Shown here: one piece after another, positions 46,845 through 55,567 of the stretch
Numbering within the stretch: the first letter of the stretch is position 1
Layout of the letters: every line of letters starts with the position of its first letter
DNA from: an uncultured Planctomycetales bacterium
Lineage (GTDB): Bacteria > Omnitrophota > Gorgyraeia > Gygaellales > Profunditerraquicolaceae
Direction: 5' to 3'
NCBI GenBank assembly: GCA_964645795.1
Contig: CAZYCL010000006.1
Span: 73,939 to 137,938, forward strand
DNA length: 64,000 bases
Position numbers and translations under genes: made by a program
Notes under the pieces: generated by a model
The model's input: the letters and a program-made list of their open reading frames with translations, nothing else
Told to the model about the DNA's origin: nothing
Database searches by the model: none

Positions 46845-48210
46845 GCTGTTCTTTACGCTGGCAGCGGTTTTTGTCTTCGCCTTCGCTTACTTTATACAGT
46901 TTAGCCTGGTAGTGGCGCTGTTCCTTGTGTTGTTGTGTCTCTACGCTTCAAAAAGCGCGGAGATCCAGAAGCACAAGCTGCTGCCCCAGGTCATGGTCTT
47001 TCTTATCCCGTTCGTCCTTGGTTACTATCTCATAAGGGAAAGCGTCAGCTTCGCCTACCTGCCTTTTTCTCTTGCGCCGATGCTGGTGACCATACTTTTC
47101 TCCAGCCTTGAGATGTCTTTTCTGATGGTGGTGGCCACCGCCGTTGCGATAGCCTCTATTTCAAATTCTCCGCTGCTGGTAGCTGCGCTGTTTTTGGTGA
47201 GCGGGATGATCTCCAGTTTTCTTGTCTATGGGGTACGCAGGCGAAGTACCGTTATCCGCGCCGGCATCCTTGTCGGCATTGCGCAGGTGATATCGCTGCT
47301 TTTGATAGAAAGGTTCATTGCCAACCAGGGCATCGAGACCTACCTTATTCTTTTTCTTAACGGCCTGGTCACCAGTATCGTGGTCCTGGGCGTGCTGCCG
47401 ATCTTCGAGTATCTTTTTTCAACGCTTACCAATATCAGCCTTCTGGAGCTGGCGGACTTCAATCACCCTTTGCTGCAGCGCATGGTGATGGAGGCCCCCG
47501 GCACATACCACCACAGCCTGGTTGTGGGAAATCTTTCTGAGGCCGCCTGTAGGGCGATCGGCGCGCACTCGCTTCTTGCCAGGGTCGGTTCTTATTATCA
47601 CGACATCGGCAAGCTAAATAAGCCCGGTTATTACAGCGAAAACCAGAGCGAGGAGTTCAGCAAACACGACGAACTGTCTCCCTCGATGAGCAAGATGATC
47701 ATCATGAACCATGTTAAGGAAGGCGCGGAGCTGGCCAGGAAGCACAGGTTTAGCCAGGTGCTGATCGATTTTATCCAGCAGCACCACGGAAACAGCCTTG
47801 TGTATTACTTTTACCGTCGCGCGCTGGAAAAGCTTGAGGAGGAGCAGGAGGTCCAGGAAGAGGTCTTCCGTTATCCCGGCCCCAAGCCCAATACCAAAGA
47901 GACGGCGATTGTGCTTTTGGCCGATTCGGTGGAGGCGGCGGTGCGTTCCATAAAGGACCATACCCCCAAGAAGATCGAAGAGACGGTGCACAAGATAATC
48001 AATAACAAGTTCATCGACAGGCAGCTTGACGAATGCGACCTGACCTTAAACGACCTGGAGAAGATTTCGGAAGTATTTATCCGCATTCTGTGCGGCATAT
48101 ATCACGGCAGGGCCGTCTATCCGGAAGAGGCCAAAGTTGAAGATAACAATAAAAAACCTCCAAAAGAGAATCCCAATCCATTCTCCAGGAATAAAAAAAG
48201 CAATTCTTAG
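46819..48210 (+). CDS. pgpH: 7TM receptor with an intracellular HD hydrolase (PgpH/YqfF-like c-di-AMP phosphodiesterase)
   Basis: Seven N-terminal TM helices, then an HD domain (HHSLVVGNL...YHDIGK). It sits in the phoH-pgpH-ybeY arrangement. Confidence 0.75.
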   Translation: MIDQTIKNKLFFTLAAVFVFAFAYFIQFSLVVALFLVLLCLYASKSAEIQKHKLLPQVMVFLIPFVLGYYLIRESVSFAYLPFSLAPMLVTILFSSLEMSFLMVVATAVAIASISNSPLLVAALFLVSGMISSFLVYGVRRRSTVIRAGILVGIAQVISLLLIERFIANQGIETYLILFLNGLVTSIVVLGVLPIFEYLFSTLTNISLLELADFNHPLLQRMVMEAPGTYHHSLVVGNLSEAACRAIGAHSLLARVGSYYHDIGKLNKPGYYSENQSEEFSKHDELSPSMSKMIIMNHVKEGAELARKHRFSQVLIDFIQQHHGNSLVYYFYRRALEKLEEEQEVQEEVFRYPGPKPNTKETAIVLLADSVEAAVRSIKDHTPKKIEETVHKIINNKFIDRQLDECDLTLNDLEKISEVFIRILCGIYHGRAVYPEEAKVEDNNKKPPKENPNPFSRNKKSNS

Positions 48211-48559
48211 ACTGCTTGCAAGCGAGCGTCCCGGGGCGCCGGGCGAGATCGCCGTTTACTTCGTAAGCGACGCAGAGATAAAAAAGCTCAATAAGTCCTA
48301 TTTGAAAAAAGACCGGGCAACCGACGTGCTTGCCTTTGACCTGAAGTGCGGGTTTTCCCCCGGGATCTTTGCCGATATATTCGTTTCCACCGATACCGCG
48401 GTCACCAACGCCGCTTTTTACGCTACCAGCGCGCAGTTTGAAGCCAGGCTTTATTGTCTGCACGGCCTCCTGCACATACTTGGTTACGATGACCACAGTG
48501 CCAAAGCGGCAAAACTAATGAGAAAGAAAGAGGCTGTTTATGTCCATCGATCGTTCTGA
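48137..48559 (+). CDS. ybeY: Endoribonuclease YbeY (rRNA maturation factor), TTG start
   Basis: Zinc-binding HGLLHILGYDDH motif. Confidence 0.8.
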   Translation: MKITIKNLQKRIPIHSPGIKKAILRLLASERPGAPGEIAVYFVSDAEIKKLNKSYLKKDRATDVLAFDLKCGFSPGIFADIFVSTDTAVTNAAFYATSAQFEARLYCLHGLLHILGYDDHSAKAAKLMRKKEAVYVHRSF

Positions 48560-49304
48560 CGCCATTGTATTGAGGAGGATGGATTTCCGGGAAACTTCCC
48601 TGATCGCGGATTTTTATACCCGTGATTTCGGGAAAGTCAGCGGCCTCCTGAAGGGCATACGCGCCGAGCCGGGGAAGTTTGCCAGCGCTGTGGAGCCGTT
48701 TTCCTGCAACGAGATAATCTTCTACCGCAAAAGGAACAGCTCGCTGCATCTGGTCAGCCAGTGCGACGAGAAAGAGGGCTTTGCCGCGATACGCCAGGAT
48801 ATCTCCCGGGTCGGCATCGCCAGCTTCATGATGGAGCTGGTCGGTGCGGTTATGGCGCAGGAAGACAAGAACGAAGAGGTCTTTAACCTCTCCCTTGATT
48901 GCCTGCGCGAGCTCTGCAACACGCCCTTCCCTGATAAAATATCCACTATATTCAAGATCAAGATGCTCTCGCTTTCGGGTTTTAAACCGCATTTTGATTC
49001 ATGCGTCTCCTGCGGCCAGGGGCTTGGCGGAGAGTCTCGCTTTAGCCTGGCTATGGGAGGGCTTTTATGCCCCAAGTGCCTGCGCAAAGACCCTTCAAGC
49101 CGCGCCATCTTCAGGGGCACCATCGCCACCATCCTTTATATCGAGCGCAATGATTTCAAGGCCAACCTTAATCTGGGGATGAACCCCCAGGTTAAGCGGG
49201 AGCTGGGGATGATCCTCAGCGCCTTTTTGAATTTTCACTTGGACAGGGAACTCAAGTCGCAGAAGGTAATGAACAAGATCAGCGCGGATCTCGCCGTCCT
49301 TTAA
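48540..49304 (+). CDS. recO: DNA repair protein RecO
   Basis: An OB-fold N-terminus and a C4 zinc finger (CVSCGQ...CPKC). Confidence 0.85.
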   Translation: MSIDRSDAIVLRRMDFRETSLIADFYTRDFGKVSGLLKGIRAEPGKFASAVEPFSCNEIIFYRKRNSSLHLVSQCDEKEGFAAIRQDISRVGIASFMMELVGAVMAQEDKNEEVFNLSLDCLRELCNTPFPDKISTIFKIKMLSLSGFKPHFDSCVSCGQGLGGESRFSLAMGGLLCPKCLRKDPSSRAIFRGTIATILYIERNDFKANLNLGMNPQVKRELGMILSAFLNFHLDRELKSQKVMNKISADLAVL

Positions 49305-49306
49305 TC

Positions 49307-49347
49307 TTGGGGACGGTTCTGGGGACAGGTCCCAGAACCGTCCCCAA
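49307..49347. repeat. 41-nt palindrome TTGGGGACGGTTCTGGGGAC-AGGTCCCAGAACCGTCCCCAA (family P), copy 2
   Basis: Read directly, between recO and panE. Confidence 0.85.
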
Positions 49348-49366
49348 CTCCGAAGATGGAGGTTTT

Positions 49367-50293
49367 ATGAAGATAGTGATCGTTGGGCCGGGAGCAATAG
49401 GATGTTTGTTCGCCGCGTTCCTCTCCAAGGCCAAAGAAGAGGTCTGGCTGCTTGATAAGAATAAGGAACGGGCTGAGCTTATCGGCAGGCAGGGCGTTAT
49501 CCTTGAAGGCGTTTCGGGAAACTGGCAGCAGAGTGTCAAGGTCACCGTTTGCGCCCAGGAGATAGGCAGGGTTGACCTTGCGCTGATATGCGTGAAGGCT
49601 TACGATACCAATGAGGCGCTAAAGGCCATAAAGCCTATAATCGCAGAGCCCTCCTATTGCCTTACCCTCCAGAACGGTGTCGGTAATATCGAAACGATCG
49701 CCGAGTTTACCGATGAGGACAGGGTGATCGGCGGGGTGACCAGCGAAGGCGCCACCCTTATCGAAGCCGGCCGGATCCGCCACTGCGGCAGAGGTGAAAC
49801 TGTGCTGGGGCTCGTGGATGGAAAGATCCCCGTGTTTATGCGCGAGCTGCGCGAGATCTTCAATAAAGCTGGGCTTCAGACCAGGATCTCCCGCGACATA
49901 AAAGGCCTTTTGTGGTCGAAGCTGGCTATCAACGCCGGCATCAACGCCCTTACTGCCGTCACCCGTCTAAGCAACGGCAAGCTCCTGGAGTTTGAAGGAA
50001 CGCGCAAGATCCTCAGGGAGGCCGTAGCGGAAGCGGTGAAGATCGCCAAGCGCAAACGCATCAAGCTTATTTACGATGACCCGCTGGCAAAGGCCGAGGC
50101 GGTATGCGAGGCTACCGCCCCCAACGTATCTTCGATGCTGCAGGACGTCCTGCGCAAAAAGAGGACCGAGATAGATTTTATCAACGGGGTGATCGTGCGG
50201 CAGGCCCAGGAGCTGGGGATCGCGGCACCGGTAAACGCCGTGCTTCTCGGTCTGATTAAGACCATTGAAACCAGCTACGGTTGCTCGCTTTAA
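49367..50293 (+). CDS. panE: 2-dehydropantoate 2-reductase
   Basis: MKIVIVGPGAIG is a Rossmann motif, and the ApbA/PanE family motifs are present. RBS GGAGG. Confidence 0.8.
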   Translation: MKIVIVGPGAIGCLFAAFLSKAKEEVWLLDKNKERAELIGRQGVILEGVSGNWQQSVKVTVCAQEIGRVDLALICVKAYDTNEALKAIKPIIAEPSYCLTLQNGVGNIETIAEFTDEDRVIGGVTSEGATLIEAGRIRHCGRGETVLGLVDGKIPVFMRELREIFNKAGLQTRISRDIKGLLWSKLAINAGINALTAVTRLSNGKLLEFEGTRKILREAVAEAVKIAKRKRIKLIYDDPLAKAEAVCEATAPNVSSMLQDVLRKKRTEIDFINGVIVRQAQELGIAAPVNAVLLGLIKTIETSYGCSL

Positions 50294-50308
50294 TGTTTTA
50301 ACGCCAGC

Positions 50309-51154
50309 ATGAGACTAAGACCCAGAATCAATGCGAAAAAGGCGCTTGTTTTTGTAATTGTGGCCGCTTGTGTTGTAGTTCTGGATTACTATTTTGTTTA
50401 CAATAAACCCGGTTCTGCGTTCGTAGCCGGACCCCCGAAAGCTTCTTTGCCGCAGCAGACAGGCAATCTTTCCATGAAGGAGGCTTTTGACGCGTTGAAG
50501 GCGCGCAGGGACCGCGACGCCCTGGCCCTTGCCGAGGCTGCCTTGATAAGCGAGCCTTCAAACCTTGATGCCATGTGCGTGAAGGCCGAGGTCTTAAGAA
50601 GGATGCGCAGGTATAATGAGGCAGAGGTCATCCTTACCCAGGTATTGAATAAAGACCCCGGCCGCTGCTCTGCCATTATAAGCTCTGCTTATATAAGGTA
50701 TAAGTACGCTGAGTTTGATAAGGCCCTGGAGCTTTTAAAGGCAGTGGTAGAGGGAGGGGCCTGCGATAAGGAGAACCTTGCTTTGGCCTACGCTACAATG
50801 GGGGCGGTTAATAGCAAACAGGTGGGTAACACCCTGTTATTGGGCAAACTCTACCATGTCAAGGCGATGAAAGAGTATTTCGCTAAAGCCAAGGACCTGG
50901 CGCCGGAGCTTGCGGAGACCAGGGTGGGGCTCGGTAGTTTTTATATGTTCGCCCCGTTTTTCCTGGGAGGCAACCTGGAGAAGGCGATAGTTGAGCTTGA
51001 GTATGCGGTCAAGCTCGCGCCGGATTTTGCAACTGCCAACGCCAGGCTTGCCCAGGCTTACAAAAAAAAGAAGGATACGGCCAAGTATCAGTTTTATCTC
51101 TTGCGCGCCAAAAGCCTGGACCCCGAGAACGAAGTCGTTAAAGAGATCGAATAG
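50309..51154 (+). CDS. Membrane-anchored tetratricopeptide repeat protein
   Basis: An N-terminal TM helix, then TPR-like helical repeats. Confidence 0.6.
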   Translation: MRLRPRINAKKALVFVIVAACVVVLDYYFVYNKPGSAFVAGPPKASLPQQTGNLSMKEAFDALKARRDRDALALAEAALISEPSNLDAMCVKAEVLRRMRRYNEAEVILTQVLNKDPGRCSAIISSAYIRYKYAEFDKALELLKAVVEGGACDKENLALAYATMGAVNSKQVGNTLLLGKLYHVKAMKEYFAKAKDLAPELAETRVGLGSFYMFAPFFLGGNLEKAIVELEYAVKLAPDFATANARLAQAYKKKKDTAKYQFYLLRAKSLDPENEVVKEIE

Positions 51155-51155
51155 G

Positions 51156-52865
51156 ATGGTAAACGCAGAAGTCGCCCGGATCTTCCGTTCCATAGCGCAG
51201 ATACTTCAAATTAAGGATGACAACCGCTTCCGCATCGCCGCCTACGAACGAGCCGCGCAGAACATCGAATCTCTCTCCGAGCCGCTGGAAACCATAAAAG
51301 ACGAGAACAGGCTGGGCGATATCCCGGGCATAGGCAAGGACCTCTCTTCCAAGATCTCCGAATTTATCGATTCCGGCAGCATCCGTTACTACGACGAGCT
51401 AAAACTTACCATACCTGCCGGATTGCTTGACCTGCTGGAGGTTTCCTCGATAGGCCCAAAGACCGCAAAGCTCCTTTTTGAAAAACTGGGCATCGGGGAT
51501 GTCCCGGGGCTTGAAAAGGCCATTAAATCAGGAAAGCTCAAAGGCCTGCCGGGGATAAAGCAAAAGTCCATAGAGAATATGCTTAAAGGCATAGAGCTTT
51601 ATTTCAGGCGCAGGCAGAGGATGACCCTGGCGCAGGCAGAGGAGGTTGCGGCGGAGTTTATTTCAAGGCTTTCCCGCTGCGGCGGCGTAAAACAGATCTG
51701 CGTTGCGGGAAGCTTGCGGCGCCGTACCGAGACCGTAGGCGATATAGATATACTTGTTGCTTCAGGCCATCCCGCTAAAGTCATCGATGCTTTTGTCAGG
51801 ATCGGCCAGGTAAAGGATATTCTGGCAAAAGGGAGCACAAAGGCTTCGGTGCGCACAAAAGACGGCGTGCAGCTGGACTGCCGCGTAGTCGGGAAATCGA
51901 TGTTTGGCGCGGCGCTCCTTTACTTTACCGGTTCCAAGCTTTTTAACATAAGGCTGCGCAAGCTCTCCCTAAGCCGGGGCTGCAAGCTCAACGAGTACGG
52001 TATCTTTAAGGGCAATAAGCTGCTTGCTTCTAAGACGGAAGAACAGATGTTGAAAGCCCTTAAGTTGCAGTATATCGAGCCGGAGTTAAGGGAGGATAAC
52101 GGCGAGATAGAGCTGGCTAAAAAAGGGCTGCTGCCCAAGCTTATTGAATCAAAGGACATAAAAGGCGACCTGCATGTTCATTCCGTCTGGTCCGACGGCT
52201 CCAACACCGTAGAAGAGCTGGCAGGCGGTGCGCGCAGGTTCGGTTACTCTTATATTGCCGTAACCGACCATTCTCAAAGCTTAAGGATCGCCAATGGGCT
52301 AAGCGTCCAGGACCTGGAAAATAAGCGCAAAGAGATTGAAGGGCTCAATAAGAGGCTAAAAGGGATCAGGGTGCTTTATGGTACCGAGGCGGACATCGAC
52401 CCCGAAGGGAATATTGATTACGATGACGGGGTCTTAAGGGATTTTGATATTGTCATCGCGGCCATCCACTCCGGTTTCAAGCAGGATAGGGGCAAGCTTA
52501 CCAGGCGCATCATTGAGGCCTGCAAAAATAAATACGTGCATATCATCGCCCATCCCACGGGCAGGCTCTGGGGGGTAAGGGATTCTTATGAGTTGGATTT
52601 CAGGGAAGTTTTAAAAGCCGCCAGCGACACTAATACCGCCCTTGAGATCAATTCTTTTCCCAGCCGCCTGGACCTCAATGACCTGCACAGCCGCCAGGCA
52701 AAGCAGGCGGGGGTAAGGCTGGCAATAAATACGGATTCCCACAGCGTTGACCAGTTACCCGGGATAAGGTTCGGCATATCAGTTGCCCGCCGCGGATGGG
52801 TCGAAGCATCGGGTGTCATCAATACTCTTTCCTGCGACCAACTGCTAAAAATAATCAAAAAGTAG
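51156..52865 (+). CDS. polX: DNA polymerase/3'-5' exonuclease PolX (family X polymerase plus PHP domain)
   Basis: HhH/pol-beta-like N-terminus (GIGKDLSSKI), nucleotidyltransferase GSLRRR...GDIDIL, and the C-terminal PHP motifs (HVHSVWSDG). Confidence 0.85.
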   Translation: MVNAEVARIFRSIAQILQIKDDNRFRIAAYERAAQNIESLSEPLETIKDENRLGDIPGIGKDLSSKISEFIDSGSIRYYDELKLTIPAGLLDLLEVSSIGPKTAKLLFEKLGIGDVPGLEKAIKSGKLKGLPGIKQKSIENMLKGIELYFRRRQRMTLAQAEEVAAEFISRLSRCGGVKQICVAGSLRRRTETVGDIDILVASGHPAKVIDAFVRIGQVKDILAKGSTKASVRTKDGVQLDCRVVGKSMFGAALLYFTGSKLFNIRLRKLSLSRGCKLNEYGIFKGNKLLASKTEEQMLKALKLQYIEPELREDNGEIELAKKGLLPKLIESKDIKGDLHVHSVWSDGSNTVEELAGGARRFGYSYIAVTDHSQSLRIANGLSVQDLENKRKEIEGLNKRLKGIRVLYGTEADIDPEGNIDYDDGVLRDFDIVIAAIHSGFKQDRGKLTRRIIEACKNKYVHIIAHPTGRLWGVRDSYELDFREVLKAASDTNTALEINSFPSRLDLNDLHSRQAKQAGVRLAINTDSHSVDQLPGIRFGISVARRGWVEASGVINTLSCDQLLKIIKK

Positions 52866-52917
52866 TGGGGACGGTTCTGGGGACGGTTCTGGGACCTGTC
52901 CCCAGAACCGTCCCCAA
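52866..52917. repeat. Family P palindrome, copy 3, with an internal duplication of GGGGACGGTTCT
   Basis: Read directly, between polX and apbE. Confidence 0.85.
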
Positions 52918-52924
52918 ATAAGAT

Positions 52925-53872
52925 ATGAAGTCGATATATATTATTTGCATGGTTATGCTCTTGGGCTGCCAGCACCAGGCTCATTTGTACCGCGATAACC
53001 GTGTCTTGATGGGAACGGTCGTAGAGGTCGTTACGCCTTATCCGGAGGCGGCAAATATTGTTTTCGATGAGATCCGTAGGCTGGAGAGCCTATTTGATAT
53101 TCACCGGCCGTCAAGCGAGGTATCGCGCCTGAACAGGTTCGGGCGCCTTGAGAATGCCAAAGCCGATACCGTGGATATCATAAAGCAGGCAAAGGAGTTT
53201 TACGCTATAAGCGCGGGCGCATTTGACGTGACCAGCGCCAGGCTTAGCGCTTTATGGAGGCGTTATGCAGGCGTATCGAGGCTGCCTTCAAAAGCCAGGA
53301 TCAGCGAGCAGATGCGCTTTACCGGCAGCGATAAAATCTTATTGAATGAGGACGATTATGTGATAGAATTTAAAGCTCCCGGAGTCGAGATTGATTTAGG
53401 GGCCATCGCCAAAGGTTGGGCACTTGACCGCGCCGCGCAAAGGCTAAAGAATCAAGGCATTACCGACTGCCTTATAAACGCAGGCGGACAGGTATATGCG
53501 CTGGGCAAATGCCGGGGACAGCCCTGGAAGGTGGGAATGCTTGATTTTCAAGCTGTCGGTGAGTCGATCATTATAGACCTGCAAGATGCCTCTGCTTCTA
53601 CGAGCGGAGATTCCGAACGGTCTTTTGTGATAAACGGGGTGGCCTATTCTCATATATTGGACCCCCGCACAGGCTACCCGGCAAAAGCCGGGTTATCCAG
53701 CGTTACTGTTGTCGCTGCCAGCGCTGCAGCAGCTGATGCCCTGTCTACAATAGTATTCATTCTTGGTATAGATGAGGGCCGCCGGATCGTCGAAAAATTC
53801 CCTGGTGCAAGAATAGCGCATTTTACTAAGCAGGCAGGCGATGGCAGATTGCCAGAGAAACAAAAGTTTTAA
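52925..53872 (+). CDS. apbE: FAD:protein FMN transferase (ApbE family) lipoprotein
   Basis: A lipobox LLGC, the RVLMGTVVEV motif, and the ApbE motifs. Confidence 0.8.
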   Translation: MKSIYIICMVMLLGCQHQAHLYRDNRVLMGTVVEVVTPYPEAANIVFDEIRRLESLFDIHRPSSEVSRLNRFGRLENAKADTVDIIKQAKEFYAISAGAFDVTSARLSALWRRYAGVSRLPSKARISEQMRFTGSDKILLNEDDYVIEFKAPGVEIDLGAIAKGWALDRAAQRLKNQGITDCLINAGGQVYALGKCRGQPWKVGMLDFQAVGESIIIDLQDASASTSGDSERSFVINGVAYSHILDPRTGYPAKAGLSSVTVVAASAAAADALSTIVFILGIDEGRRIVEKFPGARIAHFTKQAGDGRLPEKQKF

Positions 53873-54242
53873 AAGCGTAGTCTGTATCGCTAGCAGCGAT
53901 AGCGCAGCCAAGCAGCTTATCGGTGCCGCCAGGTCGTATAAAAGCTGCGGCAGCCGCACTATAATTATACTGGGCGGCGAGCTTAGCCGCATACAAGCTT
54001 TAGGGAAGTCGCTGTCACGGGTATCCGATGAACAGTTCTACGCCGCCAGCAACCAAGATTTTTCCAGCCGTTTAGGCGTAGTAGAGCTGCTCGGCGATCT
54101 TTTTGACTGCATTGAGAAGTCAACTCACACCCAGTATCCCGAGCTCATCCACGCTTTTGTCCCGGACGATATTGCCGGGCAGATCCTGCGGGTGGCCGAA
54201 GGCGTGAACGTAAAGACAATCATAGAACGGATAGAAGAATGA
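53841..54242 (+). CDS. Hypothetical protein
   Basis: An ORF only. It overlaps the apbE 3' end and the next gene's start. Confidence 0.3.
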   Translation: MADCQRNKSFKSVVCIASSDSAAKQLIGAARSYKSCGSRTIIILGGELSRIQALGKSLSRVSDEQFYAASNQDFSSRLGVVELLGDLFDCIEKSTHTQYPELIHAFVPDDIAGQILRVAEGVNVKTIIERIEE

Positions 54243-55567
54243 ATTATTCAACTAAGCCGATGTTCGTCTATTTCTCCAGGCTTTTGGATAAGCCCGTGGT
54301 AGACAGGAGCGGGTCGTTGATCGCAGAGGTCTATGATATCGTGGTCAGGCCTTCCGAAGTTTATCCTCAATCATCGCACCTTATCGTGCGCAAAGGCTTC
54401 CCCAACCGTAAATTCGCCATTATCGGCTGGGAAGACGTCTTGGAGGTTGATGATGACGAGAACGCCGTGCTTAAGATAGAAGAGGACAAGATTACCTGGC
54501 GCGAAAAGCACAATAATAAGGAAGAGCTGACGCTTCGCCGTGACGTGCTTGACCAGCAGGTCGTGGATACCTACAACCACAAGGTCATCCGGGTTAACGA
54601 CATTCATTTATTGCGCGTTGACAATTCGTTCATGATCGCCCATGTCGACATCAGCATGAGGGGCCTCTTTAGAAGGCTGGGTTACGAGAGGTTTATCGAC
54701 GGGTTGGTGAAGTTTTTCAACAAGGAAGCCCATTACCTGAAAAAGGAGCCGCTTATCTCCTGGAAGTATATACAGCCGTTGTCAGTGAATCCCGTAAGTA
54801 AAACCATTAAGATAAACGTTCCCCACAAGCAGCTTGATAATATACCTGCCGCTGACCTCGGCGAGATATTCCTGGACCTGGCGCCCCAGGCCCAGATAAC
54901 CCTCTTTAAGTCATTGGACGGGATTGCCCGTGCCAAGGTATTCAGGCACGTAGACTTCAAGACCCAGAAAGCGCTGGCGGAGCAGCTTCCTCTAAAAGAT
55001 GCGGTTGAGGTCTTAAACAGCATTCCCTCCGATGATGCCACCGATTTCCTGGAAAAGCTGCCGAAGGACAAGACCGGGGATTACCTGGAGATCATGGAAA
55101 GCAGGCAGTCAAAGAAGCTTTCGCAGCTGTTAGGCTACTCCAGCGATTCCGCGGGCGGCCTGATGATAGCCGAGTACCTGGCCTTCTTTAAAGACTCAAG
55201 CGTTGAATCGGTCCTGCGCCAGATAAGACAGAAGCACTTTAAGGTTGAGCCCGCCCAGTTCGTATATATTATTGATGAGGCCGGGCGGCTGGTAGGCTCG
55301 ACTAATTTCCGAAGGCTCATCTCCTCGGATCCTCATGAGCTGCTCTCCAAAACCGCTTTTCCCAAGACCTACTTCGTGCATCTTGACTCAGGAGTCAAAG
55401 AGGTCGCTTACCTCATGGAAAAGTATAAGTACTATGCGATACCCGTCGTGGATAATGACAATATCCTTCAGGGGATCATAACCGTTGATGACGTCCTCAG
55501 CCAGCTTATTGCCCTGGCCTGGAGGCGCCTTAAGAAGATAAAAGCCAAGCCTACTCCCGCGCAATGA
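54239..55567 (+). CDS. Soluble MgtE-like regulatory protein (PRC-barrel-like N-terminus, MgtE_N domain, CBS pair) with no MgtE transmembrane domain
   Basis: The MgtE_N helical repeats (PAADLGEIFLDLAPQAQ...SIPSDDATDFLEKLP) and two CBS motifs are present. The protein ends after the CBS pair, and its stop overlaps the start of the NRAMP gene (ATGA). Confidence 0.7.
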   Translation: MNYSTKPMFVYFSRLLDKPVVDRSGSLIAEVYDIVVRPSEVYPQSSHLIVRKGFPNRKFAIIGWEDVLEVDDDENAVLKIEEDKITWREKHNNKEELTLRRDVLDQQVVDTYNHKVIRVNDIHLLRVDNSFMIAHVDISMRGLFRRLGYERFIDGLVKFFNKEAHYLKKEPLISWKYIQPLSVNPVSKTIKINVPHKQLDNIPAADLGEIFLDLAPQAQITLFKSLDGIARAKVFRHVDFKTQKALAEQLPLKDAVEVLNSIPSDDATDFLEKLPKDKTGDYLEIMESRQSKKLSQLLGYSSDSAGGLMIAEYLAFFKDSSVESVLRQIRQKHFKVEPAQFVYIIDEAGRLVGSTNFRRLISSDPHELLSKTAFPKTYFVHLDSGVKEVAYLMEKYKYYAIPVVDNDNILQGIITVDDVLSQLIALAWRRLKKIKAKPTPAQ

